A DNA stretch of 64,000 bases, from positions 124,001-188,000 of the forward strand of contig NOWV01000143.1 of assembly GCA_003344405.1 (NCBI GenBank). The letters are read 5' to 3'. Below the pieces are notes generated by a model. That model was given only the letters and a program-made list of their open reading frames with translations. It searched no databases and was not told where the DNA came from. Of the stretch, positions 26,786 through 40,300 are shown in pieces. This stretch comes from Trichoplax sp. H2. Taxonomy: Eukaryota. Position numbers and translations under genes: made by a program. Numbering within the stretch: the stretch's first letter is position 1; every line of letters begins with the position of its first letter.

Positions 26786-27919
26786 GGATTTGAACAGGAT
26801 TGTAGCTCTTAGACTGGTTTAAAACCTATCTGACATTTTAAAATAGTGAAGAAGTAATAATGACAAGATTTTAATCATCGATAACTTAATACAACCTATG
26901 TGAATTGAAGAATTTTTAACTTTAGTGTAGCTACAGTAGTGCAGTTTACTTCAAAATAGAAAAGCAAATTTGATCAAAACCAAGTAAAATAATGCGAATT
27001 ATTTTTATCTGGTGAAGAAGCTTACCTTCAATATCTTTAGCACAATATAATGCAATAATGTAAATTAAACATTCAGTCACAGGTTAGGGTTGTGATGAGT
27101 TCTTCAGAACTAATCATAGGATTTATGCGTTGCAGAGTGTCATTATTCAGTTACAATATTTAATTTAGCATCGAGATGCTTATGATGTGGAAAAGGTATC
27201 GTTGTGGTAGATCGCGATTGTTAAATGAGATTATTACTCAGAGAATGTGTAATATCTTGAATCGATATTGAATTTCTTGAAGTGCTACGTCGTGGAATTC
27301 TTAACCAAGAAATGACTTTGCAATCATTGCGGTATAATATATTTTTGTATGAAACTTGGCTTTAATACCCATTATACATGTGATATTATTTGGTATCTCT
27401 GAACTAACAATGCTTTCTTAATACCAGTAAGGTATAGATTTTATACGGCTTGAATCAATTTTAAAATACTTGCTTGATCAGAAATAAATTATAAGTACTT
27501 CACTTTTCAGTTAAGCTTTACCGCAAATGAAAGGTTAACCTTAATTATATTTACTGGCTATCTAGCTTAGTGGATACGCAGTAAAAAGGTAGACAGATCG
27601 AGATTTAGAGCCGCTATCTAGAAAATTTAGTTCTACTTACCTATTGTTGGTAACTGTAACACCGATTGGTATATTTGATACAGCTATATGTATGTTACGG
27701 TACAAACTACCGTGAAGAAATAGCCATCTAGATTTGGTTAATATAATATAGTGATAATATGTTACAAATAGTTACTTAAAGTAGGAATTACTCTAATTAT
27801 AAATGTGTTACAGTAAATTTAATGCTATGTAGTAATGTGCACTGAAATGATTCTGTGAATGGACATGTTGTAATCCGACTGTGAAAAATTAGTTAGTAGA
27901 TGTTCTCACCTAAGTATTT

Positions 27920-28135
27920 TTATAAGATGACTCATGAATGTTAGCTGCTGTAGAAAGGTATATAAACCCGTCAAATAGCTGAATAAAATAGTTCTCAATT
28001 GTCTAGTTGAGTTTAACGTAGAATCAAAAGGCGTCTAAATTCTTGTGAGGTAGTTAAGGGATACTGAATCCCGAAGACTATAGTAATTTAGAGATTTGTT
28101 TTACGTTATCTTTGTCACGAAGCTGGTTTGTGACA
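27920..28135 (+). mobile_element. Dispersed repeat, possible solo-LTR relic (copy A)
   Basis: Aligns in reverse complement with 55634-55840. Contains tatataaa followed by aataaa and ends in tgtcacgaagctggtttgtgaca (..CA terminus). The 5' boundary is uncertain. Confidence 0.55.
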
Positions 28136-28189
28136 ATGTATTAATAAACACTAGGAATGTACACGTTTTTGTATTTCATGCACTGATTC

Positions 28190-28510
28190 AAGAATAGATG
28201 GCCGACCAGAATGAGATTATAAATACCAAACTTTATTAAAGAGCTTTTCAATGAGTTGAGCATTACATATATAGCGTATTGCGACTGTATGTATGTTATT
28301 AATATATACCGCGGAAGTACAAGATTTTATACTAGATAGATTGATTTCAGAACAGACATCTGGCTAGAATCGAATTATAAATACTAAGCTATTTTAATTG
28401 AAGTATATTAATAAATATCACAAAAGAATAGATTTCACACTTTAGAAATTGATTGAAGAATAGATGTTCTGCCAGAATCAGATTATAAATGCTAGATACT
28501 TTTAAAGAAT
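28190..28510. repeat. Three degenerate copies of a ~40-bp motif
   Basis: agaa[t/c]aga......[c/t]agaat..[g/a]attataaat[a/g]c at ~28191, ~28349 and ~28457. Confidence 0.6.
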
Positions 28511-31500
28511 ATTACGATGAGTGAGGTATTACTTACCCGCATACGCCAGTATATATCGTTTTGGTTTGCTAAATTAAAAAAGTATGATGTTATGCAAGCG
28601 TAATATTGACTTTAACTCTGAAAAAGGCATGATAATCCATGCGTTATTTAATTAAGGTTCGATCAAATTACAGTAGCTACAGGCCGCTAGATGGACACCC
28701 CTCTCTTTATGTTTATTTTGCATCCAGCTATTTTAATCTTAAGATAATCGAAATTTATCCTGTATTGACAAGACTATTATAATGAGTTGAAAAACATGTA
28801 AAGAAAAGATTTTTTTGTAAATAAATACAAAATTCGCGTACAAACGGAGCAAAGTAATGTTTACTGCAAATTACATATGGTAATGTTTCGTTGGCTAATT
28901 TTATATTTCTCACGATATCAAGGGTAATTTCGCACTGTTAAAGTTAGTGCTATTAAAGTTGTAGCTCTTCGTAATTTTTAATTAATTTGTTTGCTAAGCC
29001 TTTAATAGAGAAAATTTGTTACGAAATCGTTACACAATCAGTGGCAGTAAATAGTTGCTTTCGGCAAAAAAGAGATATTTTGCATTGTCTGCATTTTGAG
29101 TACTTGCTTAAAATAACGCATCTTTAGTAATTGCTATTCTGTTCAGCTTCGAAACGCGATCGTTACATTAGGTGTGTCTAGAATGTACGAAAAAATAACA
29201 ATTTCGCCTAATTCTATAGGAAGCTATAAAGTTATGATAGATTGTTAGTTTTAAATTGCTGAATAATATAGGAATTATAACACTAATTTTAATTACACTT
29301 TGATAAAATCAGAAGAAAAACAGTTTGGTCAATATTATTGTGCAATACTGGTTCCTACTCTTAAACTTCAGAAGATTGCTATTGCTATTCTTTATATCAA
29401 TTCAGCAGAGCTTACATTGCTGAGCTACTCCGATTAGTCAGTATTCTGAGAGAGACACTCGGGTAAGAAAATTCTGACGGGTTGCAAACCTAAATCAGTA
29501 CGTCGAAAACAATAAGTGTTAACGATTTCTATATTGGTAATATATAAAGTTACAGGTAATATATAATGTACAAATTTCGTATAAGCTATTAATAGCTAAG
29601 CCATTTAAATCACCTTACCTTGGAAACCTCATCAAATATATCGAAGCTGTGTGACTATTATACTAGTTCTTCTTTATGATTTTGTAAATTAAAAGTATGA
29701 AAATTAATACTTTGATACAATTATTTATTATATTGAGTTGATTTAGAGACGTATGGGAATAAGATATACTTTCAAAAAGCTTTAAAATTAAAGTCTATTA
29801 CCTGTAGAATTGCAAGTTTTCGAAATTACTTGTTTTGCACGATATAATGTAATTATTACTGTAATTGTTAAATATTGCGTGCCATCTTTATTAAGATAAT
29901 TTAACACTAAAGACATGCCTCAACGAGCATTTTATATATTTATAGCATTGTAAATGGAATAGATCATACTTAATAATAACTAAATAGTAACTCATAAGCT
30001 CGCTAAACGTTCATTTTCGTTTAAGATAGTATTGCTTTCATGCTGCTATGAGTAATTGAAGCCATACCTCGGCCATTATTTACAAGCGATTCTGGATGGT
30101 GTCGTCTGTATTATGGTCCTATCCTTATATCTTCTTACAGCTGTGCAATCATTCTAGTTGCCTTAGCCATTATTCGCTATCTAAATATAGCCTGTTATCA
30201 TCAATATTTCTATTATGTAACGCGTAAAAGTATGTTGATAGCGACGTTGGCTGCATGGATTATTGCCGCATTATGCACTGGTCCTACAATTATTGGTTTT
30301 TGGGGTAAATTGGATTATGACAGTCATTACGGGTTATGCTCATCTTCTTATGGTCCAAAAATGGATACCAATCATTTCACATATAATATAATTATTTTTA
30401 CTACCTTCTCTTGTATTTTCCATCTTGTCACTAGTTATTGTTATTGTCAAATTTATCAATGCTTGCGATTAATTAAATTTAGAAAAAGTTATAATCCAGC
30501 TAATGATGTTCGTCATCAAACTTATACAATTGCCATTAATGATAGAGTTTCATCGTAACACATTCCTTGGGCACAACGAGAATACAGAATCACCTTGATA
30601 TTATTTATTATATTTATGGGCTATATTATAACATATGGTCAAACCGCAATTGTTATTATTTTTCAAGTTGCTGGTATCGTTACGGCAAGTAGTCTTCGAT
30701 CCTGCATCCTATTCACTGTGATGTGCTCTAATAGTGTTGTCAATCCGTTTATATTATTACTGAGTAGTCGAAATTATCGCAGTATTTTCATAGCAAAATT
30801 ACATTCTCTTCTACGTTCATATATTTTGTTAACTCGTCGACGAATAGCAGTTAGAGGTATTACTCCAACATATACACAATACAAAGAATGAAGCTGTTTA
30901 CGACCTAAATTTCTGGTAGCAATTACCAGCTATTTTCTTTAAGATAAACAGCCATTTTAAAATAGCTGATTAAATATGTAACGAAAGCTTATCAGCACAA
31001 AAACTCTAATTTGGGAATGGAATAACAACAAAACAGCCTAATATTTCACTAACAATGTAACCTGATTGGTGATCATTATTAACCCAAACAAGGAAACATC
31101 AAAAATGGAATCCGAGATAAAATATTAATACTCAGAAAACGGTTAATACTTTCCTTCCTTCAATAACTTAACTATGCTACCGATAGAACGTCTAAGAAGT
31201 GCTAACGTTTTGCATATATAGAAATATTTACTACGTGTATCCATCAATAGTAATACCTAACTTGAGTTATATTAATACGAAAGTTTATCGATTCTATATC
31301 AGATATAATTATAGTTTACGAAATATCTCGCGAAAGCTCTTAGTAACAAATTGGTGTAGTAGCATTCAATTTACATACTGCTCTGAAAAGAACTGCACTT
31401 TGTATAATTCAATTAGCGTTCCAACTTTCTTATAGTAATTATCAGTAATTTCGTACCAGAGTTAATCTTCCCCAAATACATAATAGAATAATTCAATGAT

Positions 31501-34500
31501 TTCGCAAATAGTTAATGACTTTGACTACGCGGTTGGTTCTCCTACAGTGTAATCTACGAGCTATTTAGGCCACGTCACGTTTATAAATTTAATCTTTAAA
31601 GCCTAAATTCAATGACCTTTTATTACTTGAATAAAATACTACAAAACTAATTATAGCATTACAACATTGTTCAAAATTTCGAAAGAATAATTATTTACTG
31701 ATTTGCCTGTTTGATATAGATAGAATTTCCGTACATAAATGCTTGATACTGACATCTTGTTCGAAAATTTTGCTATCACAAAACACTAATTTGGTGTTAC
31801 TGTTCATGGCGGACAGCATGAATATCAAACTTACAATAGAATGTTTAATTTATGCTACTTGGCACTGAAGTTTGATATTTTCATCTGTTTGCATTCGGTA
31901 ATTGGTAATATTCGTTATTTACCCTAAACGAATAATATGCTAGCGTTTTGTATAACAAAATGGATTAATTACCATATTTATCAAATTGTCGTTTTAATAT
32001 GCTCAGTTAAACTGAGTTGACTCTTTATTGAACGTTAACTTATAAGTAAGCGTCTTGATTTTATGGTAGAAGAGTAGCGTTGAAAATTAAACTAATTAAA
32101 ATATAATTAACTAAAATTGTTTGTAATTTGATGATGTAGCAGTTATCGGTAGTGTATGCACAGTTTAAGTATAAGGTTTAGAATAAGCAGTCGGAAGTTA
32201 TATAGTTCTAGATTAGGCTTTATGTAAAGTGATGATCTTAAAATGTATCACTTTGTTATATTAACGGTCTTGCAGTAGTTTTTGGAGTCCTCTCTTCCGA
32301 TCATAATCGATTCTTTAACATTTAATATTGATCCAGTTTTATTCAAAATATTTGTAAAAATAAATATAATTGGCCAGTTAATTAATATATCTGTAATGAA
32401 TTGCATTAGCTTCTGAATGACTTGATAAGATGAAACTGGTACCTCGTTATTTGAGAGTAAAAATTTCGGCTAATTATTGTAGTAACATGAAGTAAGGTAG
32501 CGTTAGGAAAAAATAATCTGACATACTTAATAAGGTAATTCTAAGATGGCTAGCATGATGAACGGTATCACTGTACTATTTGTACTATGGATGCATAAGG
32601 CAGTAGCTAACAAAGGTATACAGTTACAATTTTGTGTAATTTACTTATGTAATTCCTAAATTGTAAGTAATTGCTGTTTTAGTAGAGGCTAAAGTCGATT
32701 ATCCGGTTTATTGTGGCCACTTTCAACTGTTATTATGAAGGAAAGAAAAATGAATTTATATCCGTCAGGGTTGCCATAAATACATGATACTTTTAAAGTT
32801 AAGCACGGTGTTAACCAAATTGTGTCACGTTGGAGATTTACTCCGTTTAAATAACTTAAATTTTTAGTATTGATTGTAAACTTAAATGGTTATAGAACCC
32901 ATTAACTGCAATAGGCTTATGAGCATACATTAATTATACACCGATACGGTTAGAATTTCCTCATAACTCGCCTTGTATCTACATAAATTACGCTCATCAT
33001 TTATGCTGCCCATTGATAAACTGATTTTTATACATTATATGTATTATTTTGATACTTTATTATATATAAGTTAGGTGTTGGGCTCTAATTTATTGAAGGT
33101 CAAATGCTATACTGTAGGTTATACATTAGGAAAAATTAGTGCCGGCTGCTTACTTATTAAAAAGAAGATTGTTTTATAAGCCGTAAAGAAAATGAAATGT
33201 TTAAGAATATTTAATTTTCAAACAACTTAGTATTTAATAATTGCAAATATCCAACACAAGAACAGTTTTAGTAATAAAATATCGATCAATTCGGTTTAGC
33301 TATTTTGCTGGAATTAATTTTGAAGCAGATAGTTATTTTAGTAAACCTTGTAGGTTAGACATACGTAGTGTAATTTATTATTTTAGTTCCATTTCGACAT
33401 TCATGATGTTCTTCAATACTGACCTACTTCATGATTTATATCCTATACTTCTTCACATTGCAAGTACTTATAACACTCTTCTCCGACTATTTTGATATGC
33501 GTATTCATGGAGAGAATAATAGCTATTGCAAGGAAGTTGTGTGATTTATTTGCTACCATTTGCAATACTTTAATGAGTGTACAAGGTGTACAGTAATTTT
33601 TCTTCTTTTGAAAGAGTTTCAGATAGAAATATTGGAGCCAAATCAAAGATATTAAGAAACTCAAGACTAATCGAATATTTAGCTGTCTTATCGCTGAAGG
33701 CTAACTTTTATGGCCGTTATTTCAATACCAGCATAGCGTGACTTTTATCGAAATTAATTATCTTGTCTTCTGGGTTTATTGTAATAAATAGAGATCACAC
33801 GACATCTGGCAGTTGAGTAATGTTTGAAAAACTTTCTGACATCTGGCTAAAGTAATTAAAAAGCTTTTATTTTATGAATGCATCACCGTAAATTAAATTA
33901 ATGAAAGTCAAATTGGTGGCTGATTAATTACTGATGTTCTTCCATAGTCTTATGTATTTGCTAATTTCTATCTCTATTCTATTTTTAATTTATTATGTTT
34001 TAATACCAAAGTACTCCTTGGTTTATTGTCATTTCGGCATACTGAAGGTTTTATTAATTAAGGAAGCTTTATTGAATAGCAATAAGCCGATTAATCATTG
34101 ATATTTACTGGAATTTAAGCTAAATGTAAATTTTTTATTTATATATTTATTATGATCAATTAAGACCTCAACTGACTACAGGTCTGCTTATCGTTATTAT
34201 TGTATAAGGTATACTGGCATTAAATTAATAGATTTGTGTAGCTTCGATAATCATTAATTCCTGTTTATTATAGAAATTTTTTTCTAACTTTCTGATTTAA
34301 ATTATATGACGATATATGTACTGCAAATCGTATAGTAAAGCTTAAACGCAGTTCACGTTTATATTAGTAGCAATCTATTACATGAGTTAGTTAGCATTAA
34401 TTATCTTCAATATGATATTATGTAGCACTTAATTACTATGATGACGGTGCTGTATTTGGATTTTACCAAATATTTTAATGCCGTTAGTAGTTTCTAATTA

Positions 34501-34647
34501 GCGTTTCAATCAAATTATTTAATTTTACATAAGTAGTCTATTTATTCTGATAGTTTTTGATTGGTATATTGATATATGCGGATTCAATACCTGATGGCTA
34601 AACGATATTTTCGGCAATGATGGTAAAATGGCATGAAAACTTACGCC

Positions 34648-37393
34648 ATGAATATTACTGATAATGCAACAAGAAGTAATTTTAATGTTGAAGACATTCC
34701 CCGAAAGGTGCAAGATATATTATCCCTCGTTTAGATTATTTCTCTGATTATATCCAGTTTAGGTACGGTTATATCCTTATAGACTATATGGAAATGAAAT
34801 AAAACCAAAATTTCACCAATTGAAATTGTCATAGCGAATCTTTTAGTGGGCGACTTTTGTTTTGTCGTATCTTGGTAAGTTGGTTTGTAACAATAGAAAA
34901 TCAAATTGGAACGATAGCTGAAATTTTACAGCCTAATTTTGCCAAACATGATTTAATCTGATTTTATTGCTTCTTGACTGAAATATGTATTTAATTACCG
35001 ATCTTTAGTTTCACATAATGCATAATCTCTTTCTATCTGAGTGTAGACTATTTTATTTACTGTAATTGCTTTATCATATTCAGTAATCCATATGCTGTAA
35101 ATATCGTAATACGCTGTGAGGACTTTTAAGATAGTTGGATGCCGTAGCTACTGCATCATAAGCTATTAATACTAGAAAGCAGTTCAGGCAATAGAAATGA
35201 GGTGATATATCCTGAAAATGTAAGCAAGATAAGAAAGAGAATAGTTATGTTGATGGAATACTTCATACATTTAAGGTATAAAAATTGTGACGATAATTAG
35301 TTCCTAATAATTGTAATATAAGTTAATATTGTGCACACTGTACAATACTGATCTTACTAAAACAGATATCCTAAGCACTCACTATTTTTTCTATACAACA
35401 TCCGTAAATAAAATTGTTGTTCCCAGCTAATGGATAAGGTAAAATTTATGAAGTTACAATTGGAAATATTAGGAGTGCTTTTCACCCTATTCGACAAATT
35501 ATCAAATGTTTTTAGTTAAAAAATAAGTTCTAGCTCTATTCTAGTTTCCTAACTAAAATAAAATCTAAGAGTAGAAGTGAGCAAATTATACAATAATAAA
35601 TAGATTGCAATCATTTGTGTAGTGTATTTAGAATATACTGTAACTATATTCTACTCTTAAATATAGACATGTTGTATTGCTCTTATATTTAGACAGATCT
35701 ACAGTCCGCTTACTCTACATTCATATATAGACTACTGTATTTAGTTATTACGGTACTCGCTGTTTTCTACAATCATCTGCTATTTTGTAACCTGTTATGG
35801 TATATGTTGTATCTAATTCCACAATCCTATTCTCTGCATGTGCTCTATCTTTAAAACTATAAATACCGGCGATTTCTACCTCAGAGTTCATTAGCCTCTC
35901 AGTTAGTCTTCTAGTTAGTCTCTCACAGTCTAATACTTCTACTCGTTACTCACGACAGCTTGCACGCTGATCTACCGTAACTACCTCACTGTACTTCACA
36001 TTACTAACCTACAATAAAGCATAACTTTTATAAACCCTTTGTTGTAATAATTGTAAATGGCGACTAAATCTCAATCCTCTGAGATATCGNNNNNNNNNNN
36101 NNNNNNNNNGAAATATTAGGAGTGCTTTTCACCCTATTCGACAAATTATCAAATGTTTTTAGTTAAAAAATAAGTTCTAGCTCTATTCTAGTTTCCTAAC
36201 TAAAATAAAATCTAAGAGTAGAAGTGAGCAAATTATACAATAATAAATAGATTGCAATCATTTGGTTGCATCTATTATTAGTTTGATTAATTATAGGTTG
36301 ATAAGTCAGATCAGAAATATTCCAATTATAAGTAAAAGCTGTATCGATTTTAACAAATATATAGTAGAAACTCCTCAGTTTAGCTTATAAATTTAGTGCT
36401 AAAAATATAAGGTTAGACAGTACAGCAATAAGATAAAAAATGATCAAAATATTACAACTAGTTTAGAATGGGTATTAAAAATTCATTATATTTTGTCTTA
36501 GTATCATTTATCTTTTACCTGTTGGCACCAGTATCATCCCAAAGCCAATATTTTCGAATGATTCGTTTTGGTGTAGACTACATTATGGCCCTATTATGGC
36601 GACTTCATTTGCTACTGCCATGCTATTGGCTGTAATTGCAATTTTATGTTACTTGATTATGGTAAAGAATCGTAATGTTCTTCATTTATTAAATTCTAAA
36701 CGCCTTTTCGTAATTATTTCTGCCATATGGTTTATTGCAATCTTAAGTTCAGCTCCTGCTGTTATTGGCTTCTGGGGTAAACTAGTTTACGATCCTTATT
36801 ATGGCATATGTATACCCGATTTTTACTTTACAAACAACCTTAATCATCTAACATACTACATCTTGATTACAATTATTTTCTTTTGCTGTATCAATTGTAC
36901 TAGCGGCTACTGCTATTATTCTATCTATAAACACATTCTTTCAAAAAAGCGGAGAGCTATCAAACCTTTAAAAGCAAAGAAACAACAAAAGCATGCTGGC
37001 TCACGATTGGGTAATCGCTGCAGTTATAATCCTCAAACAGTGCAAACCTTGTGGAATAAAAAGCAAGAAAGAGTTAATTTGGTGTTGCTTATGATATTCT
37101 TAGGTTATTTGATTAGTTACAGTCCTGCAGCAATTGCTACTTTTTTGGAGATAACCAATACTATTAATTTGAATATATTGCAATATAGTATCTTGCTGAT
37201 TTTGATGTATTCAAACAGCGTTTTAGATCCTTACATAATACTATTAAGTAGCCAACGATATCGTAACTTCTTAAGGAGCAGGATGTACCAGTGCGTTCTA
37301 GACATGTCTCAATATAGCAATCCTAAACTAAGTCGAACTAAAATTGTTAGACTAGCACCTATTCCGTCAAAAGTGTCTCATGACATTTTCTGA
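34648..37393 (+). pseudogene. Class A GPCR, array member 3: exon 1 disabled, exon 2 open
   Basis: Exon 1 34648-34874 (MNITDNAT..SPIEIVIANLLVGDFCFVVS, donor gtaagt) has in-frame stops at 34732, 34780 and 34795. Exon 2 36502-37393 is an uninterrupted frame (WCRLHY, LCY, GFWGKLVYDPYYGIC, SYSP, DPYII). Confidence 0.82.
35463..36263. repeat. ~155-bp duplication (35463-35617 vs 36110-36263) around an assembly gap, with divergent sequence between
   Basis: gaaatattaggagtgc...gattgcaatcatttg repeats exactly after the N gap at 36090-36109. Confidence 0.85.
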
Positions 37394-40300
37394 TTCTACG
37401 ATATACCTACTGATATAGAGGCAAGAACAATATCAAGATACCCACTTTACAGGATTTGGCGACTATATAAGAAAAGACAAAGATTAAAGTAATCATATAT
37501 TAAATTATGGCTATCAATTATCTTATTAGTGGATTGATTCGTACTGGAAAAATGGTGTATTTGTCTTAATTCATATCTGAAATTATAATGATATAGAGGT
37601 AATAGTTTGACAGTAAATTAATTATTTTCCATTCGAGCAGCAACTTTAAAACTGATAATTTATACTTATTTTATACCTACGGTACATAAATACAATAACT
37701 ACGTAGAATATTAGGGTAGTCATCTTTAATCAAATAAAGTAAGATTTTATTTAATTTATGATTTAATTTTATTAACATAATTTAATTCCAGAAGATTTGT
37801 TACGCCAGTTTGCCGGTGAATGACATGATATGCATATCACGAATAAATATAAATATATTGGTTATTCATTTAATTTGATATGAGTAAAAACGTGCTGACT
37901 TATAAGTTATAAGCCAAACTCTCGATTACAGGAAGGAAGTGCTACCGACACTTTCTGGATTGGTATATTGCCAAGCTCTTTCGTAATTTTTTAATCAATG
38001 GATTTAGCAGTGAGTTATTCGCTTAAAGTGACAAACTGAACATCAAATTGTATTAGTCTGCTAAAATTTCAGAAAATGTCTAGGCTAATTTGTCACTGCT
38101 TAGCAGAAAGGTTAGTTAGAATAGCTACGGTAATTTTAACTTTTGATTTAAGTTAGTCTACTTAAAAATTAAGTCCCTACGCATACACATTTTATAGAAT
38201 TAGTTGAATAAGAACTGATTTTATAATATTCGATATTAGTGGCAAGGTCCTTTCTCAGGCTACATTACGTGAGTCTTGTAATATATCAGCTAGCTTGAGT
38301 AGTTCAATGTAGTTGAAAAATTACTATCTCATAATGCAATATTACTCAGATACTGTGGTGGTATTCAGTTTATACTAAATCTGACTGAATTAGAAGAATT
38401 TTCGTTAAGGTTTCTCAAGCTTATATGGTATTAATTGTTTGTATAGTACGGTAGCAATATCTTGCAACGGTTTGCTACCTATTGATTTGCTTTAAAAGTA
38501 TGATTTGATTAATCGTAATTCTGTGGACAGTTGCCAATTTTTACAGTTTATGATCTAGTAATAATAAGCTAGGTCCTTTATTTACTTAAAAACATATTAC
38601 CGTTAAATAGTGAATTGCAGTAGAGATTTTGCGCTTTAATTATACTTTGCAACTCTTTAACTGTAATCTCAGTTCTACTGTGTAAAATAAACTAATAAAG
38701 CTACCAGTTTAGTAGCGTAGTATATACGTTGATTATAATGTTATCTGTAGAAGAAAATAAAGAGTAGTACCGATTGTATCTGTACAGAAACCAATACATG
38801 AAGAATAATTCTACTTAATATTAAGCTGCGAGGTAGTTTTACCGTAACAACGAAGGTATAGTATCCTCATTTAATATAGTATCCTCATTTTACACTATCT
38901 TTTTATGCGACAACCTCGGCCGTGCTAAGCTAATATTCTTAGCTTAGCACAAAGATACTTGATGTCGTTTCATTCCTTTGATAATTTTTCATTTTGTAAG
39001 CTCCCTTTTTGACTGTTAAAGAATCATTGCCCTCAAACTGTTTACTCGCTAGATTAAAGACTTATAATACAGTGTTATGTACATTATTGGATAATTAATA
39101 TCTGTAGAGAAGAATAAAAACTGTAATCTCAGTCAATGGCACAAAAAACATCAACAGTTTAGAGATAAACGCTATAATATTGTATACATTAAATATTAAA
39201 ATGACGTGATGAATACAAAGCTCATTTGTTCTTTTAAGGTTTCTAGGAATTTCGAATAATTAACAATTATAATTAAAATTTTATAATGCTAGCATGAGTG
39301 TAAGATTTTTAAAATAGTTGTTATAAATAATGATATCAATTAGTCAATCAAACTATAAAATGCATTACTTGATATGTTACAAATTACTTATTATCTATCC
39401 TCTTGTAGAAGGATGTTTAATGTGACTTAAGTTTTAAAGAACGTAGTCTTTATTAAGAGGATATTATTTCATGTTTTCAATTAGTATAATCCTGACTTTG
39501 TATATTTTTGAAAATGTCGACTAACCACTATTATCTTATAGAAATCCACAATATTTTATTAAATTGTTTGCTTTCGTAAATTCTAATTATTATTATATTT
39601 TTAGCTCAAGATACGTACCGTCCATAAAACTAATAATAATAGAAAAGAAAATTTTAGAATCTTACTACAATACTACTTTGCCCCTGTGTTATTTAGGGGG
39701 AACACCTCTTCATTTTAATCTAAGGCCAGAAACGCACAAAAGCGCTAAAAGTAGTACCAGAAAATACTAAATACTTATAATTGCACGAAAAAATATTTTT
39801 TGAACTACTGCAGAATATGCTACTTCAATTCCTTCTCTACTTCTGTTTTTTCGAACCGCCTGACTAGTCAGCAACGCTGTCTTTTACTTGTTACGTACCG
39901 AAGTTGGTAGCACCTTAACTTTAAGATGACAGCTTTATTTTTATACTAAATTAATCGTGATTGGATTATTAAAAAAATAATGTAAGTACTGACAGATTTT
40001 ATTTTATCATTCTCTTTGAAATTAACCGCTAATCTTCTCATGCATCAATTTTCAGCTGTATTTAAAACTTAAACGGGCGTATAATTTGCTAAATATATCG
40101 GTCGATTATACTTTGTACTTGAAGTCCATCGAATAAACATCGAAAGTTTATGTCAATCATCTGCTACAATGAATTAATAGTAGACATGAGGAAAATTATT
40201 AAAGAAGAGATGTTATTGATAGCTCAAAACGCTTTATAGAATGGTCACATTATACAATGCAATCTAAAGTAGGATACGCACTGTAGAAATATATTGTATG

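Larger units (their letters stand above)
26262..30891 (+). pseudogene. Class A GPCR pseudogene, array member 2
   Basis: Exon 1 26262-26481 has a frameshift in the T5 run at 26431-26435; the paralogous frame SNLVFADFIFV resumes 2 nt off. Exon 2 30030-30891 has an in-frame TGA (30049-30051) and TAA (30556-30558). Otherwise aligns with its neighbours (IRY, GFWGKLDYD..GLC, NSVVNPFIL). Confidence 0.88.

Noticed and set aside
30049-34797. Stop-codon readthrough, selenocysteine or an alternative genetic code explaining the in-frame stops
   Set aside because: All three stop types occur together with a frameshift, and neighbouring genes end at TAA, TAG and TGA normally.
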